DNA of 64,000 bases from Burkholderiales bacterium (GCA_038324085.1 JBBQHP010000009.1:31376-95375); one strand, 5' to 3'; positions 9,318 to 18,151 are shown, counted from the first letter of the stretch. Notes: generated by a model from the sequence alone, not told the origin. Translations and numbers: made by a program.

Positions 9318-9343
9318 CGCTCGACGATTGTGATCGTCGAGCG
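9318..9343. repeat. Perfect 11-bp inverted repeat (hairpin or operator)
   Basis: cgctcgacgat-tgtg-atcgtcgagcg between the NIPSNAP stop and the PEP-CTERM start. Confidence 0.6.
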
Positions 9344-9389
9344 CGCGCGCTGCGAAAACGCGATGCCAAGAATGTCGACGGTGCTCCGC

Positions 9390-9713
9390 TCAGCGTTGCA
9401 GCGGAAAGAACGACACCGGGGTCATGAGGCGATTTTCCTGATGCTCGAGAGCACCGAATTTCGCGCTCTCCTCGGTGTACGCGATCCATTCGGGATCGGC
9501 CCACATCGCCGCGCGCTTCTTTTCGCGATCGCCGGCATTCTCGTAGGCCCAGATGTGGATGTACTGGTTGACGTTGCCGGTTTCGGTTACGAGGTAGGCG
9601 AGGGGCAGGCCGAGGTGCCGCGTCTGCGGTCCCTTGCCGAGCTTCTCGTAGAGGGCGAGGTGCTTCTTGATGGTTCCGGGGCGGCAGGTATACGTGCGCA
9701 CGTCGAGCAACAT
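9390..9713 (-). CDS. NIPSNAP family protein
   Basis: DVRTYTCRPG, HIWAYEN..DRE..RAAMWADPEW; GAGGAG SD upstream. Confidence 0.9.
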   Translation of the reverse strand: MLLDVRTYTCRPGTIKKHLALYEKLGKGPQTRHLGLPLAYLVTETGNVNQYIHIWAYENAGDREKKRAAMWADPEWIAYTEESAKFGALEHQENRLMTPVSFFPLQR

Positions 9714-9860
9714 TGGGGGTCTCCTCAAGCTGGCAAGCGTCCAGCAACGCAATGATGACATGCGCGCGGGGCTCCGGCCGATGCGCCCCGGGGCCGCCGC
9801 ATTGCGCCGGAGGTTCCGGGAGGGAGACCGCGAGGGATCGCTGCCCTCAAAGGGTGCGGT

Positions 9861-10079
9861 TCATGCCTTCCGCGCCCCGTTGCGGGCGCCGTCGCCACGT
9901 GCGGGCTTGCCCGACCCGGGACGCAGGGTGCCTTCCCACTCGCACCCGAGCGCGCTGCACCGGTAGCGGAAGCGCGGCGAAATCAGGCTGATGACTCGAT
10001 CCAGCAAGTGGCGCCGAACCCGGAAAGCGGTACCACCACAACGGGGGCACTCATACCTGGCGGCAGGTCCCTTGTACAT
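9861..10079 (-). CDS. Small hypothetical Zn-ribbon-like protein
   Basis: CPRC...RYRCSALGCEWEG; AAGGGGAGG directly before ATG 10079; alternative start at 10100. Confidence 0.65.
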   Translation of the reverse strand: MYKGPAARYECPRCGGTAFRVRRHLLDRVISLISPRFRYRCSALGCEWEGTLRPGSGKPARGDGARNGARKA

Positions 10080-10340
10080 GGCCTCCCCTTTCACGCTCAT
10101 TGACAATGCCGTCGCCGGGTTGGTTTCCCACTCGATGAAGATACCTTGACCTGCCATCCGCTCTGGCTGCGTGCCTGTATTCCGCCGTCCGGTCGATCAA
10201 GTTGCGACCGGGCCCGACGTCGCAGAGTCCCTTGGTGGGAAGTCGAGGAAGCGCAGCCATTCTCACCCCTCGAAATCGATTGAAACGGGAGCGAATCGGA
10301 GCCGGAATTCTGCACGTCCTTGCCCTAGCTGGAATTCACT

Positions 10341-10356
10341 AGCAAGGCTCTTGCCC
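10341..10356 (-). promoter_or_regulatory. Candidate sigma54 -24/-12 promoter
   Basis: Minus strand GGGCAAGAGCCTTGCT versus consensus TGGCACG-N4-TTGCW, with correct GG-N10-GC spacing. Confidence 0.5.
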
Positions 10357-10700
10357 GACGTGGTGTGCGCGCAGCCGCATCGTCGGCAGGTGGGCGACAT
10401 CGGTATCCCTCCACCGTTGCCGCGGCTCGTCGGCAAAGGAGACTCGTCTTTGCTGTCGACGTTCACGACGATGATTCTCGCGCATCACCCGGCGGCTCGC
10501 GGGCGCGCGCGACCGGTTCACCATGGGCGTACTCGATCCGTATCCAGGTTCAAGTGCCTCGATACGGGGCCCGGTAACGGCATCGTCGCAGGCGTCGCCA
10601 CCCAGCGCGAAACCCAGAGAAAGAGTGCCGGACCGATGGACGGTCCCACCCGGTTTGCTGCTACCTTACAATCCGTCACACCTCACTTGCCCGCAACACC

Positions 10701-11660
10701 ATGACCTGGAAAGTCTTCATCGACGGCCGTCACGGCACCACCGGACTCAAGATCGACGAGCGACTCGCCGACCGCGACGAGATCGAGGTGCTCGCGATTC
10801 CCGAGGACAGGCGCAAGGATCCGGCGGCCAAAGCCGCGGTGATCAACGACGCCGACATCGTGTTTCTCTGCCTCCCCGACTCGGCATCGCGGGAATCGGT
10901 GGCCTTGCTCGCGCCTGCCAACGGGAAAACGCGTTTTCTCGATGCGAGCACCGCGCATCGCACGCATCCGGATTGGACCTACGGCCTGCCGGAACTTGAT
11001 GCCGGTCAGCGTGGACGCATCCGCCAGGCCGCGAAGGTGGCGATCCCCGGCTGCCACGCCAGTGGCTTCATCCTGCTGGCGCACCCCCTCGTGGCCGCGG
11101 GCATCGTGCCGGCGGACCATCCTTTGACGGCATTCTCGGTGACCGGCTACACCGGCGGCGGCAAGGAGATGATCGCCAGCTACGAGGCGCCGGCGAGCCT
11201 GCCCGACGCCATGAAGAGCCCGCGTTTGTACGCACTCGGGCTGAAGCACAAACATCTGCCGGAAATGCAGGCGATATCAGGGCTCACGCACGCACCGCTG
11301 TTCACGCCGATCGTGGGCGACTTCGCCCAGGGCATGGTGGTTGCCGTGCCGCTGCTGCCGCGCACGTTGCCGAAAGCCGTGACGCCGCAATCGCTGCAGA
11401 CATTCTTCGCAGACTATTACCGCGGCGAGACTTTCGTGAAGGTGATGCCGTTCGACAGCGCGCCCCTGCTCGACAACGGGTTCCTGCCGGCGACCGCCTG
11501 CAACGACACCAATCGCGCGGAAATCTTCGTGTTCGGGCACGCCGAACAGATCCTGCTTGCCGCGCGTTTCGACAATCTCGGCAAGGGCGCTTCCGGTGCG
11601 GCGATACAGTGCATGAACCTCATGCTGGGCCTCGACGAAGCACGCGGACTGGCGGCCTGA
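10701..11660 (+). CDS. argC: N-acetyl-gamma-glutamyl-phosphate reductase (type 2)
   Basis: VFIDGRHGTTGL, FLCLPD, DASTAHR, PGCHASG, DNLGKGASGAA. Confidence 0.95.
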   Translation: MTWKVFIDGRHGTTGLKIDERLADRDEIEVLAIPEDRRKDPAAKAAVINDADIVFLCLPDSASRESVALLAPANGKTRFLDASTAHRTHPDWTYGLPELDAGQRGRIRQAAKVAIPGCHASGFILLAHPLVAAGIVPADHPLTAFSVTGYTGGGKEMIASYEAPASLPDAMKSPRLYALGLKHKHLPEMQAISGLTHAPLFTPIVGDFAQGMVVAVPLLPRTLPKAVTPQSLQTFFADYYRGETFVKVMPFDSAPLLDNGFLPATACNDTNRAEIFVFGHAEQILLAARFDNLGKGASGAAIQCMNLMLGLDEARGLAA

Positions 11661-11672
11661 CCGCCCTGCGCG

Positions 11673-12929
11673 TCAGGGATACAGGGTGACCAGGCCGGCA
11701 ATGTCGGTCAGTCCGAGTCGCTGCGCGCGCGCCAGCGCCGTTTCCCCGGCCTTGTTGCGCATGCCCGGATCGGCCCCTGCGGAAAGCAGAGCAGCCACGA
11801 TTTCCGCATAACCCATCGCCACGGCGCCCAGCAACGCGGTCTCGCCGTCTGCATCGGCAGCATTGACGTCCGCCCCGCGCGAGAGCAACTGTTGCACGGC
11901 GTTCAGACGGGTCCGCGAAAAGACCCCCAGATCGCCGGACCGCGCCGCCCACATCAAGGCGCTATCGCCATGGGCAGTGCGCGCGTTGACGTCCGCTCCT
12001 GCCTCGAGCAGTGCCCAGATCGCGTTGCCGTAGACCTCCGGTCCGCCCACGGCGCACATCAGCAGCGTCACGTTGCCGCGCGCTGAGCGCGTGTTCGGAT
12101 CGATGCCCTGCTGCATCAGTCGCTCGATGCGCTGAAAGTCATTCTGCCGCACCGCCTGGACGACACCGCTGCCGCCGCAGTCCAGCACGCTGCTGGCGGG
12201 CTCCAGCGTTGCGGTCGGCACCGGCGCGCCCGGATGAAAGCGCAGGCGCAACGTTTCGATGTCGTCGATCACCGCCCAGGACGGCTGCACGTCGGGCGCG
12301 CGCTCGAAGAACAGGAAAAGCGTCAGCGACTCCACGTCGGACGAACGGATCGCCTCGGCACCGAGCCTGAACACCGGAAGCAGTTGCGAACCATCCTTGC
12401 GCAGCACCGCGGTCGTCTGCTGTCGTTGCGTCACGAGCACGTGGGGACTGCGCGGAAAGCTCGCGCGCAGCAATGCGAGATCAGCCATCCGCGCGACCCC
12501 GAGCACCGGCCCCCACTGATCGAGGAATCCCGGCGCGAGACCTTCATAGAATTCGAGACCACCGTCCAGCACGTTGAGCGCCAGCGGAGGCGAGGCGTGG
12601 TCGGTTTCCAGCGTTGCCACCAGCGGCGCGCCCCACAACGCCCGTGCGTCGCCCAGCGCATCGGCGCTCGATGTCGCGACCACGGACATGCGTCCGGAGC
12701 CGGGCGCCACACGCACGACAAACGGTGCGCGGGCGAGGTCGAATACGCCTGCGACCGGCTGCACGGCGACGCCATTCTGCAGCACATCGATTCCGGGACC
12801 ATGGAGCGGCGCCTTCGGCACCTCCCCGGTTTCCGCCGCGGGTGTCGGCGGCGACAGCATGCAAGCCAGAGCAGCAGCGGAAATGAATCGAAACCGCAGC
12901 CCGCTACTTCGATTCGGCATCCCACCCAT
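11673..12929 (-). CDS. Exported ankyrin-repeat protein with an unrecognised N-terminal domain
   Basis: Signal-like FISAAALACMLS; C-terminal repeats LLEAGADVNA, GDSALMWAA, GETALLGA, GETALARA; start uncertain. Confidence 0.8.
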   Translation of the reverse strand: MGGMPNRSSGLRFRFISAAALACMLSPPTPAAETGEVPKAPLHGPGIDVLQNGVAVQPVAGVFDLARAPFVVRVAPGSGRMSVVATSSADALGDARALWGAPLVATLETDHASPPLALNVLDGGLEFYEGLAPGFLDQWGPVLGVARMADLALLRASFPRSPHVLVTQRQQTTAVLRKDGSQLLPVFRLGAEAIRSSDVESLTLFLFFERAPDVQPSWAVIDDIETLRLRFHPGAPVPTATLEPASSVLDCGGSGVVQAVRQNDFQRIERLMQQGIDPNTRSARGNVTLLMCAVGGPEVYGNAIWALLEAGADVNARTAHGDSALMWAARSGDLGVFSRTRLNAVQQLLSRGADVNAADADGETALLGAVAMGYAEIVAALLSAGADPGMRNKAGETALARAQRLGLTDIAGLVTLYP

Positions 12930-13434
12930 TCACGAACCCGTCGCGATTCGGCATGCGCACCTTGGGCAGCGTCTGCGCGTCCATCACGTCCTTGCGCCCC
13001 ACGATGTCGTTCAACCACAGAATGTAGGCGGTGAGCGCATAGGTCTCGTTGTTGGTCAGCGACATCGGTCGGTCGTACGGCATGGCCCGCCGGATGTAGT
13101 CGAACAGCGTGGTGGCGTACGGCCAGTAGCTGCCTACGGTCCTGACCGGTTTGGCAGTGGCGAGCGAACCCAGTCCGCCCGCCAACGCCGGCGCCGTCAC
13201 CCCTTCGCCGCGCGGACCATGGCAGGCTGCGCACTTGTCCATGTAGAGATCGATGCCATCGACGACGGTACCCTCGCCCCGCGGCAACCCGTCGCCGTCG
13301 GGTGCGATGTCGATGTCGATCACGGCGATTTCGGCATCGCTCACCGGCCGGCCCAGATCGGGCCCGGCAGCGGCCGTCGCCGCGAGCAGTGCCGCCGATA
13401 CGAGAGACACTGCCTGCGCCTTAAGCATAGACAT
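12904..13434 (-). CDS. soxD: Monoheme cytochrome c, SoxD-like
   Basis: Signal peptide, DIDIAPDGDGLPRGEG, CAACH, TVGSYWPYATTLFDYIRRAMP, MPNRDGF. Confidence 0.85.
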   Translation of the reverse strand: MSMLKAQAVSLVSAALLAATAAAGPDLGRPVSDAEIAVIDIDIAPDGDGLPRGEGTVVDGIDLYMDKCAACHGPRGEGVTAPALAGGLGSLATAKPVRTVGSYWPYATTLFDYIRRAMPYDRPMSLTNNETYALTAYILWLNDIVGRKDVMDAQTLPKVRMPNRDGFVNGWDAESK

Positions 13435-14722
13435 TGTGAAGTGTCCCATCCGGTTCCACCCGCCAGGCCTGCACGGCGTTGTAGTGATAGCGCTGCGTGC
13501 TGCCGTAGCGACCGATCCATTCGGCGCGTGGCGGCTGCACCTGCCCGCGGCGGTCGTGGGCACGACTCATCAGGACGGCCGGGGCGCCGTCCCAGCGCCA
13601 CGGCAGGCGAAAGCGCGTGAGGCTGCGCGCGAGCACCGGCTCCTCCAGCGCGGCGACCGCCCAGGTGGCGCCGCCATCGGCAGACACTTCCACCTGCTCG
13701 ATGCCGTCGACACCCGACCATGCCAGACCCGATATCTCGTAATAGCCTGGCCCCTGCAACGCCCAGCCCGGCGACGGCTGGGTGATGACGGACTTGACGC
13801 CCATCGGGAACGTGAACTGGAGCGCCTTGCCGTCGGGTAACAGATCCGTGTAGTGCGACGTCTCGTCGCGGGCCTGCATCGGCCCGGCCGCGAGCTTGAT
13901 CCGGTGCAGCCACTTGATGCCCATGTTGCCTTCGAAGCCGGGCAGCACCAGACGCATCGGGTAACCCTGCTCGGGGCGCAGCGGTTCGCCGTTCTGCCAC
14001 AGCGCGATCATCGCGTCGTCCAGCGCCTTCGAGAGCGGTACCGAGCGGGCCATCGTGGCCGCGTCCGCACCCTCCGCGATCACCCACCGCGCCGTGGCAT
14101 CGACGCCTGCCTCCTCGAGCAGGAGCGCGAGCGGCACCCCGGTCCATTCGCTGCACGAGATCAGGCCGTGGATCTCGCCGCAAGTCACTTGCGGCGCCTC
14201 GGCGAGCGTATTGCGAAAGCTGTTCCCCGAACATTCGATGAACAGCATCCGGCTCACCATGGGATAGCGCACCAGCCGATCGAGGCTGAATTTGAGCGGC
14301 CTGGTGACGAGCCCGTGGATCACGAGCTGGTGCCGCGCCGGATCGATGTCGGCCACGCCGTTGTGATGACGCTCGAAATGGAGTCCCGCCGGCGTGATCG
14401 TGCCGCGCAGCAGGTGCAGCGGTGTGAATGAAACGCCATTGCCCGCAGCCGTGGGCCCGAATGGCTGAACGATGGATCGCTCCAGGCCTGTGATGTACTT
14501 CGAAGGCTGGCCGTAGCCGCTGAAGGGGCGGCCGGGCGCCTGTTGCCAGGGCAAGGCCCCCTGGAGATGGGCTTCCGCGGCGTAAGCGGGCAACACCGAC
14601 CCGGCCCCCAGCGCGACTGCACCCTTCAGCATGGCCCTCCGGCTCAACAGTCCGCGGCCGGCAGCGGGCGTCGCGTCGCTCACCGAAGCGAAGCGCGGTT
14701 GCGGCAGAAGTTCACGTGTCAT
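13421..14722 (-). CDS. soxC: Molybdopterin sulfite-oxidase-family subunit SoxC
   Basis: Tat motif SRRAMLK, GTITPAGLHFERHH, IECSGN, EWTGV, RPEQGYPMRL, ISGLAWSG. Confidence 0.88.
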   Translation of the reverse strand: MTRELLPQPRFASVSDATPAAGRGLLSRRAMLKGAVALGAGSVLPAYAAEAHLQGALPWQQAPGRPFSGYGQPSKYITGLERSIVQPFGPTAAGNGVSFTPLHLLRGTITPAGLHFERHHNGVADIDPARHQLVIHGLVTRPLKFSLDRLVRYPMVSRMLFIECSGNSFRNTLAEAPQVTCGEIHGLISCSEWTGVPLALLLEEAGVDATARWVIAEGADAATMARSVPLSKALDDAMIALWQNGEPLRPEQGYPMRLVLPGFEGNMGIKWLHRIKLAAGPMQARDETSHYTDLLPDGKALQFTFPMGVKSVITQPSPGWALQGPGYYEISGLAWSGVDGIEQVEVSADGGATWAVAALEEPVLARSLTRFRLPWRWDGAPAVLMSRAHDRRGQVQPPRAEWIGRYGSTQRYHYNAVQAWRVEPDGTLHNVYA

Positions 14723-15007
14723 GCGCCACCTCCGCCGGCGACCGGAGGGTGTGGGCGGGCCGGCCGGCGCCACTGTGGATCGGAGACGCGATCCGCGACA
14801 CATCCGGAACATTGCCCGGTACGCGGGGCATCCCGTCGGCTGGCGGTGCCGCTGCGATTGCAAGCTGTCATTCGAACTACTCTCGGGGGTCGGATGCCGG
14901 AACAATGACATGTGACGGGCAAGAAAAGCCAGTGTCTCTCCACGACGACAGGGCTGCGTGGCGCGGGCAGACCGCAGCCGACGAGGGATCCGCACCCATG
15001 GCTGCGA

Positions 15008-15862
15008 TCACTTCGCCTCTTCCACTTTGAGATAGAGCCGACGCTCGTCCCGGCTCGCTTCGGAACTGCGGTAGGCAATCCCGCTTTCCTCGCTCGCGCT
15101 CGATTGCGTGGCACCGCCCAGTTCGATCCATTCGCCGAGCCGACCGGAAACGATCGTATCGACACGCTGGATGCTCGCCGCGCCCGTCGCGGGATCGATG
15201 AACTTGTCGCGGCTGCCGGAGATCTCGACCGTGACCTGATCGCCGTTGGTCCTGGGTCGCGCGTAGAACCCCGACATCGCGTCGCGGATCTGGGTGGAAT
15301 CGATGACGCGGGGCCCTTGCGGAGTCTGGATGACCTGACGTGTGCTGATCGGCGCCGACTGCCCGATGCGGATGAATGCGGCATTGCCTTCGAGCACCTG
15401 CACCGTCTGCCCGCCTCGTTCCGTACCGGCGGACCGACTGCTGAACACGCGTGCCTCGGCGCGGCCATTGCCGACGGCCCCGCCCTGGGTCCGGCGCGAC
15501 GGGGCGCCCGGCAGGGTCACCGACGCGGCGGCGTCGCCGATGGTCCCGGCAAGATCACCGCCCGTGCCCCGCGACGACAGATCGACATCCTGCGACACGG
15601 TGACGATCAGACTGCGCGGCCGCTTGTCGATGCCGTCGAGGATCTTGCGCAGCTCGGCCAGGTTGCGCGGCGTGGTGCGCACGATCAACTGATTGTTCAG
15701 CGCGCTGATGGACCCTTCCTTGGCGACGAACGGCCGCAGCACCGGCAGCACTTCCTGCGCGTTGCGATACTTGAGGTCGATCACTTCGAGCACCGACTGC
15801 TGGGCGAGTGCCACCGCAGACCAGAACAGCGCAGCCGCCAGGAACCATCCCGTCATGCGCAT
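15008..15862 (-). CDS. Compact secretin-like protein (one NolW-like N domain + reduced secretin core)
   Basis: Signal peptide; EVIDLKYRNAQEV..NNQLIVR..LDGIDKRPRSL; VLEGNAAFIRIG; DTIVSGRLGEWIELGG. Confidence 0.75.
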   Translation of the reverse strand: MRMTGWFLAAALFWSAVALAQQSVLEVIDLKYRNAQEVLPVLRPFVAKEGSISALNNQLIVRTTPRNLAELRKILDGIDKRPRSLIVTVSQDVDLSSRGTGGDLAGTIGDAAASVTLPGAPSRRTQGGAVGNGRAEARVFSSRSAGTERGGQTVQVLEGNAAFIRIGQSAPISTRQVIQTPQGPRVIDSTQIRDAMSGFYARPRTNGDQVTVEISGSRDKFIDPATGAASIQRVDTIVSGRLGEWIELGGATQSSASEESGIAYRSSEASRDERRLYLKVEEAK

Positions 15863-15875
15863 CGGATCGCCTCCG

Positions 15876-16658
15876 TCAGTGCGCGCGGGCGCCGAGGCGC
15901 TCGAGCGGATCCTGCCGATAGAACTGACGCAACTGTTCGTACACGTCGGGGTAGGTCTGCACCACCGCAACCGGAATCTCGAAGAACGCTTCGCTCAATA
16001 CCGCAAAGAACTCGCCGGGCGATTCGGATGCGTAGGGATCGATCTCGGTATGGCGACCGGCATCGACGCGCCGGCAGAAATCCAGGTAGGCAGCCTCGAA
16101 CGTCCGGCTCCATGCGACGCGGCTCATGCCCTTGTGCAGCGGGGGAAATCCGTTCGCATCGCCGTTCAGCATGTCGAGCTTGTGTGCGAACTCGTGGATC
16201 ACCACGTTCACACCGTCGTCGGCGCCGGAACGGGCCACGTCGGCCCACGACAGCACCACCGGCCCCTGCAGCCACGCTTCGCCGGCCATGGCGGCAGGAT
16301 CGTGATGCACGACGCCAGCGTCGTCGGTCCAGGTGTGCCCCGGCACGAACTCATCCGGGTAGACGATGACTTCGGTCCAGCCCCGATAGGAATCCACATC
16401 CAGGTTGAGGATCAGGATGCAGGCCTGCAACGCGACATCGAGACACATCTGGTCGGTGAGCTCGAGTCCGCCCGCCGCCGTGAAATCCTTGTCGTCGAGA
16501 AACAGCGTCACCTGTTCACGCAGTCGGAGCTGCTCCGGATCGCCCAGGTTGCGCGCGAAAGAGAAGCGCGCGAGCGAATCGTCCCAGATCCCGTCGTCCA
16601 CGCGGCCACGCGCCAATGCCCGCTCGCGCCGCCACTGCCTCAGGCTCCATGCCATCAC
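15876..16658 (-). CDS. mtfA: MtfA family zinc peptidase (M90)
   Basis: VIVYPDEF, GPVVLSW, NVVIHEFAHKLD, DPYASESPGEFFAVLSEAFF. Confidence 0.88.
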   Translation of the reverse strand: MMAWSLRQWRRERALARGRVDDGIWDDSLARFSFARNLGDPEQLRLREQVTLFLDDKDFTAAGGLELTDQMCLDVALQACILILNLDVDSYRGWTEVIVYPDEFVPGHTWTDDAGVVHHDPAAMAGEAWLQGPVVLSWADVARSGADDGVNVVIHEFAHKLDMLNGDANGFPPLHKGMSRVAWSRTFEAAYLDFCRRVDAGRHTEIDPYASESPGEFFAVLSEAFFEIPVAVVQTYPDVYEQLRQFYRQDPLERLGARAH

Positions 16659-18070
16659 TGCTCGACCGCGCTGGATTCGCCGGCTTCGCTGTCGGCCGTA
16701 TCCATGGACTGCTCGAGGCGAGCGACATCACCGGGCGCGTCGAGCTCGACCTTCTCGATCTGCGTAAAGCGGCGCACGATCTTGTCGCTGCTGATCTGGA
16801 CCTGCTGCGCGTCGTCGTGCGCCTGGCGGATATGGTCGGCGAGCTTTTTCATGCGCTGCTCGAACCGCGCGAAGTCCTTGCCGAGCTTCGACAGCTCGTC
16901 CTTGATGACGTGCACCTGCCGGCGGGTCTCGACGTCCTTGATCACCGCGCGGGCGGTGTTGAGGACCGCCATCATGGTCGTCGGCGACACGATCCAGACG
17001 CGCTGCTGCATCGCGTGATCGACGACCTCGGAGTGGCGCGCATGGATCTCGGCGAAGACTGCCTCTGCAGGAATGAACATCACCGCCCCGTCGGAGGTCT
17101 CGCCGGCAATGATGTAGCGCGCCGCGATATCGTCCACGTGCCTGCGGACGTCCGCCCGGAACTGCCGTTGCACGGCAAGTCGTTCGATGTCGCTCTGGGC
17201 CGGTTCGAACATGCGGTGATAGTTCTCGAGCGGGAACTTGGAATCGACCGCAACCGAGCCGGTAGGTTCCGGCAGCTTCAGCAGGCAGTCCGCGCGGGTG
17301 CCGTTCGAGAGCGTCACCTGGAACTCGAACGCCGAAGGCGGCAGGATGTTGCGTACCAGCGCCTCGAGCTGGACTTCGCCGAAGGCGCCGCGCGAGCGCT
17401 TGTCGCCGAGCAGTTCCTGCAGGCTCACGACGTTGGTGGTGAGACCGTCGATCTTCTTCTGCGCCTCGTCGATGGTGGCGAGCCGCTCCATCACGCTCAC
17501 GAAAGTTTCGTTGGTCTTGCGGAACCCTTCCTCTAGCCGCTCGTTCACCTTGCCCTGGATCTCGGCCAGGCGCGCATCGGCCGTGCGCGTGAGCGCCTCG
17601 ATGCTTCCGGTGAGCTGCAGTGCGAGCGAACGTACGCTGTCCTGCAGGACCTCCGACTGGCTCTTCGCCTGTTCGGCCAGCGCGGTGAGGGCCTTGCCGA
17701 GGATGTCCGTGCGGATCTCGCCCACGCGCTGCAGAAGCTGCTCGCGATTGGCAGCCATGTCCTGGCTTTGCGACAGCTGGAGCGCGACCAGGGCCTCGCG
17801 GGTGCTCTTCAATTGCTGGTCCACCGAAGCGCGCAGACGCTCGGAATTCTCCCCGCCGGTGCCCGCCAGGCGATCGCCCAGCGCGTTCAATCCGGCATTG
17901 AGATCCTTCAGCATCGAGAGATGCTTGGCCTCGAGCAATTCAGTGACGCGGATCGCGAGCGCCGCCTGCGCGCGCGACAGCGTCATCATCCGTGCGACCA
18001 GCATGCCGACCGCCGCGAACATCAATGCCGCGACGCCCAGAAGGATCAGTTCGGGCAGGCTGAAACTCAT
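16655..18070 (-). CDS. rmuC: DNA recombination protein RmuC
   Basis: N-terminal TM + coiled coil; RGAFGEVQLE, VDSKFP, MFIPAE, VSPTT. Confidence 0.93.
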   Translation of the reverse strand: MSFSLPELILLGVAALMFAAVGMLVARMMTLSRAQAALAIRVTELLEAKHLSMLKDLNAGLNALGDRLAGTGGENSERLRASVDQQLKSTREALVALQLSQSQDMAANREQLLQRVGEIRTDILGKALTALAEQAKSQSEVLQDSVRSLALQLTGSIEALTRTADARLAEIQGKVNERLEEGFRKTNETFVSVMERLATIDEAQKKIDGLTTNVVSLQELLGDKRSRGAFGEVQLEALVRNILPPSAFEFQVTLSNGTRADCLLKLPEPTGSVAVDSKFPLENYHRMFEPAQSDIERLAVQRQFRADVRRHVDDIAARYIIAGETSDGAVMFIPAEAVFAEIHARHSEVVDHAMQQRVWIVSPTTMMAVLNTARAVIKDVETRRQVHVIKDELSKLGKDFARFEQRMKKLADHIRQAHDDAQQVQISSDKIVRRFTQIEKVELDAPGDVARLEQSMDTADSEAGESSAVEQ

Positions 18071-18077
18071 GCGGACC

Positions 18078-18083
18078 AGTATA
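18078..18083 (-). promoter_or_regulatory. Candidate -10 box for leaderless rmuC
   Basis: TATACT-N7-ATG with no SD. Confidence 0.45.
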
Positions 18084-18151
18084 GCCGCCCCTGAATTCCG
18101 CGATCCGGGACCCGGGACCGGTCCCGCGTCACCCGTCCCGGCTCACGGCAT

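Noticed and set aside
9350-9369. TGGCAT-containing sigma54 promoter for the PEP-CTERM gene
   Set aside because: The GC lies 2 nt too far from the GG, breaking the strict GG-N10-GC spacing.
14723-15007. Moco riboswitch upstream of soxC, or a 91-aa N-terminal extension of SoxC
   Set aside because: No Moco-RNA consensus was recognised by eye (an Rfam scan would settle it), and the Tat motif position favours the start at 14722.
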